Below the pieces are notes generated by a model. That model saw nothing but the letters and a program-made list of their open reading frames with translations, had not been told where the DNA came from and did no database searches. A stretch of 64,000 bases of DNA from a virus (lineage: Duplodnaviria > Caudoviricetes). Positions 20,281 to 29,730 of the stretch are shown piece after piece. Positions within the stretch are counted from its first letter, which is position 1, and each line of letters opens with the position of its first letter. The stretch lies in IMG/VR virus record IMGVR_UViG_3300024269_004845. One strand, written 5' to 3'. Made by a program: the position numbers and the translations under genes.

Positions 20281-22344
20281 TTGAGTAGATTAAGTGATTT
20301 TTTTGTTAAAAACGCCATGTCGCTATGTGAAAAATATGATGCTAACGTAAACATTATATCTTTCGAAAATGAAAGAGACGCATATCTTGCCATGGTAGAG
20401 GCTGGTATTGACCAGGACGAAATTATATCGTTCTTTGAATCGGCCATAAATCTTACTTTCGTTGATGTTCGTGAAAAGACGTTTTGTGTGAGCGCAGTTA
20501 AGGAAGGAAAACTTGACGAATTAGTAAATTACGTTAAAGTATATCCTTTTGAAGATGGTAACATGCTAAAGGTTGCTATCGCAAATCCAGAGCAGATGGA
20601 ATATACTGAAAATATTATGTCTGCGACAAACTATTCTTATGTATTTTCTTTCCAATTTTTAATTGATGAAAAATTAGAAGAAATTGACTTGGATGAAGAT
20701 ATTGAAAGAGGTCTGGACCATGCTGAAAAATCTCTATCTAAAGTTGATACTAATAGAAAAAGAATCATTCTTGCAAGTGGCCAAGACGAAATTGACGAGA
20801 TTATTGAACAATCCGATATGTTTAGTGATTCATATATTACAATTGCTAAAGTTCAAAACAGAGGATTGTTATATGAGTATTGTGAAAATGATACTCCCGA
20901 TATTTTGCTCGTTGGTGATAATATCGGCGGAAATAGTTCTTTGACGGAATTGTTGTTGAGATTACATACATCCTTCCCAGAAATGAGAATTATTTATCTT
21001 TCTGGCGAAGTAGACCCTAAGGATACTGTTAAAAAGATGATGCTCGGTTCTTTGGCATCTGCTGGTATATATGACTTGATTACTAAGAATGATATCAGCA
21101 TTGTGTTACTAAAGAATATTTTAGATGTTCCTTATGAGGAAAAGGACATTAAAGAATGGCTTGAGTACATGAAAGATAGTGCTGTTAAGAAGAAAAATAA
21201 TATTACTATTTTTGTTCCTGACGTAGTAGAAACGGATGATTCCGTCACTATTTATCCTAACTTATTTACATTTACTTCAGCCAAAGGCGGTGTCGGCAAA
21301 TCGTTTATTGTTGAGCAGATTGCAGTAGCTGTCGCTACTTGTGGTGTTCAAAGACTTAATGGCTCTAAGCCTAGAGTTGGAATTATAGATATGGATTTTC
21401 AGGGATTTGGTGCAAGTAAATTCTTTAATACGCTTCATGAAAAGGAAAATATTTTCCAAGCTATTGAAGCTGCTAGAAGAGTTATTGATGACCTTGGTGA
21501 GAATACTAACCCAGGAATTGAAGTTGAAAGAGAAGTTAATGAACTAATTCATAAAGCTTTTAAACCTGCGTCCAAATATCCTAATATTCGTGTATTAGGT
21601 GGTACAGACAGACTTTATCACAGTGGTGATAAAGATATTCTTAACAAATATATCCTTACTTATATTGTGGAAACTGTTATTGATGATTTCGATGTTTTAA
21701 TTATTGATGGTAATACAGACATGGATGCAAAAACTATTTATCCTTTGTATAGTTTGTCTAACTACACATACTACATCTTAGATATGGACTGGAATACATT
21801 CCACAATAATAAGAGGTTTAGAATGTATCTTGAAGAAGAAGAGTTGTTTATTCCTACTCAGAGTAAATTCATTCTTAATAAAGCAATTGCTGATGACGAT
21901 TTATTTGTTGGTATCAAAGATATAGAAGCTGGTTTAGATGTTGGGTTTACGAATATCATCCCATTCATTAAGCCTTCCACACTATTTAATTTAGCGTCAA
22001 AGTCTGAAGATGTTATTCAGGCACAGGATGATTCATTAACTGAAGCTAAATATTATTTTTTAAAGCTTGCTAACGATTTATATCCAATTATTAACTTTAA
22101 TATTATTTCCGCTCAGTTTGAGCAAAAGGCTACTTTTAAGATTTCTAAGAAAGCTATTAAAGAAGCCGAAAAGCAAAAGAAAAAGAGAGATGGTATCAAA
22201 GAAGAAAATGATGCTGGAGATGGCAAGAAAAAGAAAAAAGAGAAAGTCTCTATTAGTGATAGCTTTAAGAAAGTTTTGGACGGATTTAAATTCAAAAAAG
22301 AATCCGATATTATTGATGAGGATGTTGCAAACATTGATGACTAA
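20281..22344 (+). CDS. Second CpaE-like protein: GspE/MshE N-terminal-like domain, receiver-like domain and ParA/MinD ATPase
   Basis: VYPFEDGNMLKVAIANP (GspE-N-like), SAKGGVGKS, IIDMDF, FDVLIID. Confidence 0.7.
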   Translation: MSRLSDFFVKNAMSLCEKYDANVNIISFENERDAYLAMVEAGIDQDEIISFFESAINLTFVDVREKTFCVSAVKEGKLDELVNYVKVYPFEDGNMLKVAIANPEQMEYTENIMSATNYSYVFSFQFLIDEKLEEIDLDEDIERGLDHAEKSLSKVDTNRKRIILASGQDEIDEIIEQSDMFSDSYITIAKVQNRGLLYEYCENDTPDILLVGDNIGGNSSLTELLLRLHTSFPEMRIIYLSGEVDPKDTVKKMMLGSLASAGIYDLITKNDISIVLLKNILDVPYEEKDIKEWLEYMKDSAVKKKNNITIFVPDVVETDDSVTIYPNLFTFTSAKGGVGKSFIVEQIAVAVATCGVQRLNGSKPRVGIIDMDFQGFGASKFFNTLHEKENIFQAIEAARRVIDDLGENTNPGIEVEREVNELIHKAFKPASKYPNIRVLGGTDRLYHSGDKDILNKYILTYIVETVIDDFDVLIIDGNTDMDAKTIYPLYSLSNYTYYILDMDWNTFHNNKRFRMYLEEEELFIPTQSKFILNKAIADDDLFVGIKDIEAGLDVGFTNIIPFIKPSTLFNLASKSEDVIQAQDDSLTEAKYYFLKLANDLYPIINFNIISAQFEQKATFKISKKAIKEAEKQKKKRDGIKEENDAGDGKKKKKEKVSISDSFKKVLDGFKFKKESDIIDEDVANIDD

Positions 22345-22440
22345 AATAAAACAAATAAAAATAATATGCGCCACTAGTTGGCGCATATTATATTATAAGT
22401 GTTTTTTTAATGTTGTTTTTGAAAAGGAGTTGATTTATAG

Positions 22441-24069
22441 ATGGCTGGGAAACACGATTTAGTTTCTTACAAGAAAAATATAAATACTACTCTTGGTAAG
22501 AGAAACGATGGTAAGCTATTAGATTATGATGAAGCTGAGAAAGTTGTCGTTCAGTATATTACCAATAAGAGGCTTGAAGAAATTAATAACGAAAAATCTA
22601 AAAAAGCAGTCAAGACAAAAGAAGATTTAAGATATGAAATGATGAAAGTCAGAAAATATGTTACTGACTGTATTCTTGAGAATAATATCAGTATTCGTAA
22701 TCACCAAGGGGAAAAAGTTGAAAAATTCATTGAAGATATGGTTCAGGAATATGCTGGATACTCTGTGCTAGATGATGCGTTTGCTGACGATGAAATATCC
22801 GATATTTATTGTATCGCTTGGGATACAATTTTCGTAGAAAAAGCGGGTAAAAACGTTCGTTACTGGAAAACTTTTAGGAGTAAAGAACATTATAAAAATG
22901 TTGTTGAAAGATTTATACGTACTAGTGGTAAAGAAATTAACAACGGCGAAAATAAAATCGTTGACTTTGAATTGTATCAGGACCGTGGATGCGCTACTTG
23001 TCCCGTAGTTTCTCCTAGAGACTATACCATGACAATGCGTAAGCACGCTGAAGACCATATTATTTTGGACCAGCTGCTCGAATGGCAAACAATGAGTGAA
23101 GAAATGTCGGAGTTCTTTGGTAACTTATTAATTGACGGAGAAGCTAACTGGATTTATGCTGGGTTGACTGGTTCTGGTAAAACTACTACAATGCGTGCTT
23201 TGCTTGACGAATATGTTACTCGTAATAAGAGGCGTATGCTTATTTGTGAAGATACTCAGGAATTATTCCCTAAAAACGAACATACTCTTGAATTAGTGTC
23301 TGTTAAAGGTGATAAAAAAGAAACTTCAGTTTCTCTATCTGCCCTAATCGTTACTGCTCTACGTCTAAAGCCGAAATATATTATCGTTGGTGAGGTTCGT
23401 GCTGAAGAAGCGATGGCTGCCGTTGAAGGTATGGAAACGGGACACAGTACCGCATTCTCCATGCACGGTGGTATTCCTATGAATATTGTTAACCGTTTGG
23501 TTACTAAATATTTACAGGCTATGCCTTCCTTAGGTATCGAAGTTGTTGAACGTATTGTTGGTTGTTCTATTGACTATATCGCAATCCAGGACAATATCCC
23601 TGGCATTGGTCGTAAATGTTCAATGATTCATGAAGTAGAATATGACTTTGATAAGAGAACGGTTCATTTGACACCTATTTTCGAATTTGATTTTGAATAT
23701 AGAGATTTTGTTCTAAAGAATCGAATTAGCCCTGAAAAGGCTAATAAAATGATGCGTCGTGGTGTTGACCAAGAATATATTAAAAAGTGGGTTAATACTG
23801 GTGACCCAGAAATTGAAAAAGAAGCTGTAAAGGCTTTTAATGATAAATATTTTGCTGAAAAGCCTGCTCGTGTCGAAATGTATAAGAAAAGAAAAGAAGA
23901 GCGTGAGGCTAAAAAACATGAAAAGGCAGCTAATATTACTCCTGATAAGGCTGAAAATAAGAAGATGATTCAAAAAGTTCTTTTGAATGAAAGCCAGAAA
24001 GAGCAGGATAAAGAAAAAATGCTTGAACAAGCAAATAAGCTAGCTGGTAATCAACCAGAAGAAAAATAA
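22441..24069 (+). CDS. cpaF: CpaF/TadA (VirB11-family) secretion ATPase
   Basis: GLTGSGKTT, EDTQEL, ALRLKPKYIIVGEVR, METGH..SMH. Confidence 0.9.
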   Translation: MAGKHDLVSYKKNINTTLGKRNDGKLLDYDEAEKVVVQYITNKRLEEINNEKSKKAVKTKEDLRYEMMKVRKYVTDCILENNISIRNHQGEKVEKFIEDMVQEYAGYSVLDDAFADDEISDIYCIAWDTIFVEKAGKNVRYWKTFRSKEHYKNVVERFIRTSGKEINNGENKIVDFELYQDRGCATCPVVSPRDYTMTMRKHAEDHIILDQLLEWQTMSEEMSEFFGNLLIDGEANWIYAGLTGSGKTTTMRALLDEYVTRNKRRMLICEDTQELFPKNEHTLELVSVKGDKKETSVSLSALIVTALRLKPKYIIVGEVRAEEAMAAVEGMETGHSTAFSMHGGIPMNIVNRLVTKYLQAMPSLGIEVVERIVGCSIDYIAIQDNIPGIGRKCSMIHEVEYDFDKRTVHLTPIFEFDFEYRDFVLKNRISPEKANKMMRRGVDQEYIKKWVNTGDPEIEKEAVKAFNDKYFAEKPARVEMYKKRKEEREAKKHEKAANITPDKAENKKMIQKVLLNESQKEQDKEKMLEQANKLAGNQPEEK

Positions 24070-24085
24070 TTAAGGAGGAGATTTT

Positions 24086-24499
24086 ATGCAACCAATTTTG
24101 ACATATGGAGTAAATATTATAGCTATTATATTGATTGTCATTAGCATGTATTTTAATGCTAAAAGATATAATAATATCTTTTCTCTTCCTACAAGTGTTA
24201 TTAATAAAAAAGTAAAGGCCGACAATCTTAAAAAATTATCTAATAATAGATATGTTTTTTATGTGTTAGGTGCACTATGTTTATTAAATTTATTTCTACC
24301 AGATGGCTTGTTGAAATTCGTTGTTCCTGGTATTTCAATAATTATTGTAACAAATATCTTACTCTCATTATTTGAAGAAATTGACCAATTTAATGTGACT
24401 GCAAATGAAGTTAATGCAATTCAGGATTTCAGAGAAAAGAGAAGAGAAGATGTTATGAATAGGTCTAAAGCTAGAGAAGAACAAAATCAAAAGAAATAA
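24086..24499 (+). CDS. Membrane protein (3 TM) in the Cpa locus
   Basis: RBS AAGGAGG; hydrophobic segments. Confidence 0.7.
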   Translation: MQPILTYGVNIIAIILIVISMYFNAKRYNNIFSLPTSVINKKVKADNLKKLSNNRYVFYVLGALCLLNLFLPDGLLKFVVPGISIIIVTNILLSLFEEIDQFNVTANEVNAIQDFREKRREDVMNRSKAREEQNQKK

Positions 24500-24599
24500 A
24501 AAAATATAAAACAAGACGGAAAATAACTTTTCCGTCTTGTTTTTTTCTTTGAAATGTGTTATAATACCTATGAAATAATAAGCTTAAAGAGGTGATAAT

Positions 24600-25565
24600 T
24601 TGTACGAGTATAGTTTGGAAGAGTTGATAGAAAATATTTTATCTAAGGCTTATTCGTTAACTGGAGAAATGTTGCGGGAATATCTTGTTAAGAGATATAT
24701 GTTATTAAATAAAATAAGCAATGTTCGAGAAATTAAGATTGATGATTTTTCAAAGTTTATATGCGATATTTTATACATAGATGCTATCAATGGGAAAATA
24801 AAATATTACGATTGTTGGGTATCTGTTAATTCGTATGTAGACGATTCAATATCTAATATTGTAGAGAATTGGAATATTTTTACTCGAGTTCATCATGTAT
24901 TTGCTTCGACACCTAATGAAAAATCAACGGTGTCACAAATTGAAGCTTTTTGTAAAGATGTTATTGCTAGGGGTAAGAGAAGAGCTTCTAAAATAAAAGG
25001 AATATATAAAAAGTATTATTATGATAATTACGTGCTTACGGAATTGAATTCATCATATAGTATATCTCCTAGTTTTCCTGAAATATATAATTTAGGGCCA
25101 ATAAAAGACAAAGCCATGTCTCAGCGAACATACGAAGATGTATGTGTGGCATACGTATCTGCAATGTTTTTTGATTCTAGTGACAACTCTTTATTAGTCG
25201 AAAAAGATATTGAGAATTATATATATAGAAACCATAAAGAGTATTTCCCGAATATGAAATTTGGTGGGAAGCAAAGAGAAATCGGTTCTGGGTATATAGC
25301 AGATATTATATTGTCTTCGGAAGATGCTGACTATATATTGGAGATAAAGAACAAAAAAGATGATAGACTTTATTGGCAAGTAACAAATTATTATAATATA
25401 TATAAACAAAAAACAAATAAAAAAATAAAGATAATAACAATTGCTCCTGAATATTCGAGCGAAATGTTAGAATCTTTGAAAAAGTTGCCATATGTGGAGG
25501 TTAAAAGATTTAAGTTGAAAATCGAAAGTGGCAAAATATCGGAGTTGGTTATGGAGGATTTGTGA
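24600..25565 (+). CDS. PD-(D/E)xK nuclease with NucS/YhcG-like C-terminal domain
   Basis: EKDIENYI...GYIADIIL...ILEIKN...QVxxY. Confidence 0.7.
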   Translation: MYEYSLEELIENILSKAYSLTGEMLREYLVKRYMLLNKISNVREIKIDDFSKFICDILYIDAINGKIKYYDCWVSVNSYVDDSISNIVENWNIFTRVHHVFASTPNEKSTVSQIEAFCKDVIARGKRRASKIKGIYKKYYYDNYVLTELNSSYSISPSFPEIYNLGPIKDKAMSQRTYEDVCVAYVSAMFFDSSDNSLLVEKDIENYIYRNHKEYFPNMKFGGKQREIGSGYIADIILSSEDADYILEIKNKKDDRLYWQVTNYYNIYKQKTNKKIKIITIAPEYSSEMLESLKKLPYVEVKRFKLKIESGKISELVMEDL

Positions 25566-25647
25566 TATAATCCTCCATAAATTTTGTTGATGAATAAAAG
25601 ATATTTGTATAAAATATAATAAACAAGATTATTTGATAAGGAGTGTG

Positions 25648-27603
25648 ATGATATTGAATAAAGAATATTCTGGTAAAAATATACAAGTACTGGAAGGTTT
25701 AGACCCTGTTAGAAAAAGACCTGGTATGTATATTGGTAGTACTGGCTCTCGTGGTTTGCACCATTTATTATGGGAAGTACTTGATAATGCTATTGATGAG
25801 CATTTATCTGGATATTGTAATAAAATTGATATCGTATTGAACAAAGACGGCAGTATCAGCGTCAAAGACAATGGTCGTGGTATGCCTATCGACTTGCATG
25901 ATAATACAAAAGACTATCCTAAAGAAAAGTATCCTAATGGTATATGCACAGAACGTGTAATATTGACCGTTTTGCACTCTGGTGGTAAGTTCGATGAAAA
26001 TGCTTATAAGTTTTCTGGTGGTTTGCACGGAGTAGGAATATCTGTTGTTAATGCTTTGTCTAAGTATGTTAGTATTGAAATATTTAAAAATGGTAAAATT
26101 TACAAAGACGAATATGTAAATGGTGGTAATCCAAAAACAGCTCTTAAAAATGGTGAGTTAAAGCCTATTGGGAAAACTGAAGATGTTGGTACCAGAGTAA
26201 CATTTTTACCTGATGATACTATTTTTGAGACTGTTGTATTTAAGCCTGAAGTTATCATTAAGAGATTAAAAGAAATTTCTTACCTTAATAAAAATTTGTC
26301 TCTTACATTTGAAGACAATAGTGGCGATGAAACTAAATTTTATGAATTTCACGAAACTGAGGGCATTATTGGGTATGTAAAAGAATTGAACAAAAATAAA
26401 GATATTTTATTTAGTGATATTGTTTATGTATCTGGAGCTAGGGAAGATTGCGAAGTTGAATTTGCAATGCAAAATATAAATGATTTTTCAGAGACAATTA
26501 TTTCATTTTGTAATAACATTAGTACTATTGATGGCGGTACGCATGTTACTGGAGCAAAAACTGCTTTGACTAAAGTTGTTAATAAATTTGCTAACCAACT
26601 CAATATGCTAAAAGGCAAATCTACTTCTATTGATGGAAGAGATATTCGTACAGGCTTAAGTTGTGTTCTTTCCATTAAATTTAAAGACCCTCAGTTTGAC
26701 GGTCAAACAAAAACTAAGCTTGGTAGTACAGAAGCTAAATCTGCTGTTGAAACAATTCTTTCTGAAGAACTAGAAAGTTATTTTGACAAAAATCTAGATT
26801 TAGTAAAAACAATTATTGAGCAGGCGCAAAAATTTGAAAAAGTTAGAAGCGCCGAGTCTAAATCTAGGGAGACCTTCTTCAAAAAACAGAGCAGTGTTGG
26901 CAATAGTAAATTGGCCGCTTGTCAAAAACAAAATAATCCTAGTAAGGGGATATTGACTGAAATATTTATTGTAGAAGGTGACTCTGCTGGAGGCTCTGCT
27001 AAGCAAGGTAGAGATAGGACATTTCAAGCTATTTTACCTCTTTGGGGTAAAATGTTAAATGTTGAAAAAACGACTCCAGAACAAATTTATAATAATGATA
27101 AATTAGCACCTGTTATTTTATCATTGGGTACTGGCGTCGGAGAAGACTTCGATGTCACAAAATTGAATTATGATAAAATTATTATTATGGCAGATGCAGA
27201 CGTCGACGGACAGCATATTGCTACTTTAATGATGACTTTCTTTTATAGATATATGAGACCTTTAATCGAAGAGGGGCACTTATATATTGCTCAAGCACCT
27301 CTTTATAAAGTTATTAAAGGTAAAGAATCTAAATATTTATATACAGATGCAGAATTAGCTGCTTACTCAAAAAAACAAAAAGCAGGTAGTTATGTTGTGC
27401 AGCGATTTAAAGGATTGGGAGAAATGAATCCTGAACAATTATGGGAGACTACAATGAATCCTTTAACTAGAAATATTAAACAGGTTGAGCTTACTGATAT
27501 TTTAGAAGCTGACCAAACTACTACTGTTTTAATGGGTTCTAAGGTGCCTCCTCGTAGAGCTTTTATAGAAGAGAATGCCCACAAAGCAAAAATTGATTTA
27601 TAA
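25648..27603 (+). CDS. gyrB: Type IIA topoisomerase subunit B (GyrB/ParE)
   Basis: VRKRPGMYIG, EVLDNAIDE, DNGRG, SGGLHGVG, EGDSAGG, DADVDG, RFKGLGEM. Confidence 0.97.
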   Translation: MILNKEYSGKNIQVLEGLDPVRKRPGMYIGSTGSRGLHHLLWEVLDNAIDEHLSGYCNKIDIVLNKDGSISVKDNGRGMPIDLHDNTKDYPKEKYPNGICTERVILTVLHSGGKFDENAYKFSGGLHGVGISVVNALSKYVSIEIFKNGKIYKDEYVNGGNPKTALKNGELKPIGKTEDVGTRVTFLPDDTIFETVVFKPEVIIKRLKEISYLNKNLSLTFEDNSGDETKFYEFHETEGIIGYVKELNKNKDILFSDIVYVSGAREDCEVEFAMQNINDFSETIISFCNNISTIDGGTHVTGAKTALTKVVNKFANQLNMLKGKSTSIDGRDIRTGLSCVLSIKFKDPQFDGQTKTKLGSTEAKSAVETILSEELESYFDKNLDLVKTIIEQAQKFEKVRSAESKSRETFFKKQSSVGNSKLAACQKQNNPSKGILTEIFIVEGDSAGGSAKQGRDRTFQAILPLWGKMLNVEKTTPEQIYNNDKLAPVILSLGTGVGEDFDVTKLNYDKIIIMADADVDGQHIATLMMTFFYRYMRPLIEEGHLYIAQAPLYKVIKGKESKYLYTDAELAAYSKKQKAGSYVVQRFKGLGEMNPEQLWETTMNPLTRNIKQVELTDILEADQTTTVLMGSKVPPRRAFIEENAHKAKIDL

Positions 27604-27615
27604 GGAGTTGATATC

Positions 27616-29694
27616 ATGGCTGTAAAAAAGAAATCTACAGAAAAACCAGTAAAACCTACTGGTAAAACTACGGTTGTTGATTATAGTGAGGAGATGCAGC
27701 AGTCGTATATTAACTATTCAATGTCTGTTATAACAGATAGAGCTCTTCCTGATGTAAGAGACGGTATGAAACCAGTTCATAGACGTATTATTTATGCTAT
27801 GGCAGACAGAGGTATGCACTATAATAAGCCATACAATAAGTGCGCAGAAATTGTCGGGTTGGTGCTAGGCGCATTTCATCCTCATGGGGATGTAAGTGTT
27901 TACGATGCGTTGGTTAGATTGACGCAGCCGTTTCAGTTGAATAATCCATTAATTGATGGGCATGGTAACTTTTCGTCAATAGATGGTGACCCCGCAGCTG
28001 CTTATCGTTATACAGAGGCTAGATTGCATGAGATTGCGGATGATATGGTAGAGAATTTGAAGTATAATACTGTGGATATGCGTCTTAGTTTTAACGAAAA
28101 GAAACAGGAACCTGTAGTTATTCCTGCCACATTGCCCATTCTATTGATGAACGGTATTACTGGTATTGCAGTTGGGATGATGACTAATATTCCAACGCAT
28201 AACTTAAAAGAGTCTATTGATGCTATTATTTATTCAATTGACAATCCTGGATGTACAACAAAGGATTTATTACCAATAATAAAAGGCCCTGATTTTCCTA
28301 CTGGCGGTATAGTATGTAATAAAAATGATTTGATGAAAATTTACGAAGATGGAGTTGGTAATATTACCGTTAGAGGGAAACATAAAATAGAAACCATTGG
28401 AAGTAAAAATGCAATTGTGATTACAGAGATACCTTATACAGTAAGTGGTAAAAAAGAATCATTTGTTGAATCTATTATTAAACTGGCTCATGATAAAAAA
28501 GAACTTCAGATTACTGCTGTGAGAGATGAATCCTCTAAAGAGGGGATAAGAATTGTTATTGAAGTTCGTAAAGATATGAATATTGATACTGTCGTAAGCT
28601 ATCTTTATAAATACACTTCATATGAAGACACTTTTAAATTTTCATTTTTGTGCTTAGAAGATGGTAAACCAGTTACTATGTCTTTAGCGCACTATATTGA
28701 TTCTTTTGTAAAATTTCAAAAAGAAATTTATTATAAAAAATACGATTTCATTTATAAAAAGAATTTAATTCAAATTGAAAAATTAAGTGGTTTATTGGTT
28801 GCTTATGATTATATTGACCAGATTGTTGCTATTGTTAGAAATGCAAATTCTTATGCGGATATGAAAAATGCGTTAATGACTGGTAACACTGATAAAATTC
28901 CTAATCTTTTAGTAAAAGACAAAAAAGCTATTTCTAAATTTAAATTCACCGAAATTCAAGCTGACATGATACTCGAGATGAAAGTTCATGAACTTTCTAA
29001 ATTAAAAGCTACGGAAATTCAAAATTCTATCACTAAGCTTGAAAAAGAAAACAAAAAATACTCTGCCATTTTAAATAGTGATAAAAAGTTATTGGCAGAC
29101 ATTAAAGAACATTTAGAAGAGTATAAGATTAAATATGGGAAACCTAGAAAAACGCAAATTGTTTCCAGTAAATCTGAATTTAAAGAGATTGTTGAAAATT
29201 ATGATGTTGTTATTGACGAGAATAATTATGCAAAAAGAGTTAAAACATCGGGAGATGGTTATGCAGAGACTGATAAACTATGTATAGTGACTCATGATGG
29301 GGGTTCTTATTTGGTTCCTGTAAAATCTATTCCTATCGGTGGGAATAGAGATAAGGGTTTAGCATTGGAAAACTTTATTAATGGCGAAAAAATCATTGCC
29401 TCTTTTATGCCAAAAGCTGGAGATAAAATATTGGTTGTCGATAGTGAAAACTATGGGAAGATAATCTCGGCTGACGAATTTATTTGTTCTAGAAAATATC
29501 TGAAATCTTATATAAAGACTGGAGAAATTATTTTATTCCAAATTTTAAAAGATGAAAAGGCTCTTTCGTTTGTTGGAGAAAACGGGAAGTCAAAAACTTT
29601 TAAAGTTGCTGATTTACCAGAATTGATAAGAACGGGTAAAGGGCGAAAAATCGTACAGGGTAAATTTATAATAAAAGAAATAGAAGTCAAATAA
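27616..29694 (+). CDS. gyrA: Type IIA topoisomerase subunit A (GyrA/ParC) with shortened CTD
   Basis: RALPDVRDGMKPVHRR, HPHGD, AAYRYTEARL (catalytic Tyr), GPDFPTGG. Confidence 0.95.
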   Translation: MAVKKKSTEKPVKPTGKTTVVDYSEEMQQSYINYSMSVITDRALPDVRDGMKPVHRRIIYAMADRGMHYNKPYNKCAEIVGLVLGAFHPHGDVSVYDALVRLTQPFQLNNPLIDGHGNFSSIDGDPAAAYRYTEARLHEIADDMVENLKYNTVDMRLSFNEKKQEPVVIPATLPILLMNGITGIAVGMMTNIPTHNLKESIDAIIYSIDNPGCTTKDLLPIIKGPDFPTGGIVCNKNDLMKIYEDGVGNITVRGKHKIETIGSKNAIVITEIPYTVSGKKESFVESIIKLAHDKKELQITAVRDESSKEGIRIVIEVRKDMNIDTVVSYLYKYTSYEDTFKFSFLCLEDGKPVTMSLAHYIDSFVKFQKEIYYKKYDFIYKKNLIQIEKLSGLLVAYDYIDQIVAIVRNANSYADMKNALMTGNTDKIPNLLVKDKKAISKFKFTEIQADMILEMKVHELSKLKATEIQNSITKLEKENKKYSAILNSDKKLLADIKEHLEEYKIKYGKPRKTQIVSSKSEFKEIVENYDVVIDENNYAKRVKTSGDGYAETDKLCIVTHDGGSYLVPVKSIPIGGNRDKGLALENFINGEKIIASFMPKAGDKILVVDSENYGKIISADEFICSRKYLKSYIKTGEIILFQILKDEKALSFVGENGKSKTFKVADLPELIRTGKGRKIVQGKFIIKEIEVK

Positions 29695-29696
29695 CA

Positions 29697-29727
29697 AAAA
29701 GACCACGAAAAACTTCGTGGTCTTTTT
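29697..29727. terminator. Bidirectional intrinsic terminator
   Basis: AAAAGACCACGAA-AAAC-TTCGTGGTCTTTTT. Confidence 0.85.
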
Positions 29728-29730
29728 ATA

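Noticed and set aside
22361-22391. 13-bp inverted repeat between the second cpaE-like gene and cpaF as a mobile-element end
   Set aside because: Single short hairpin; more simply a weak terminator or mRNA-stabilising stem.
27030-27070. GyrB PLWGK instead of PLRGK/PLKGK as a resistance mutation
   Set aside because: As far as I recall this variant occurs naturally in clostridial enzymes, so it is not informative alone.
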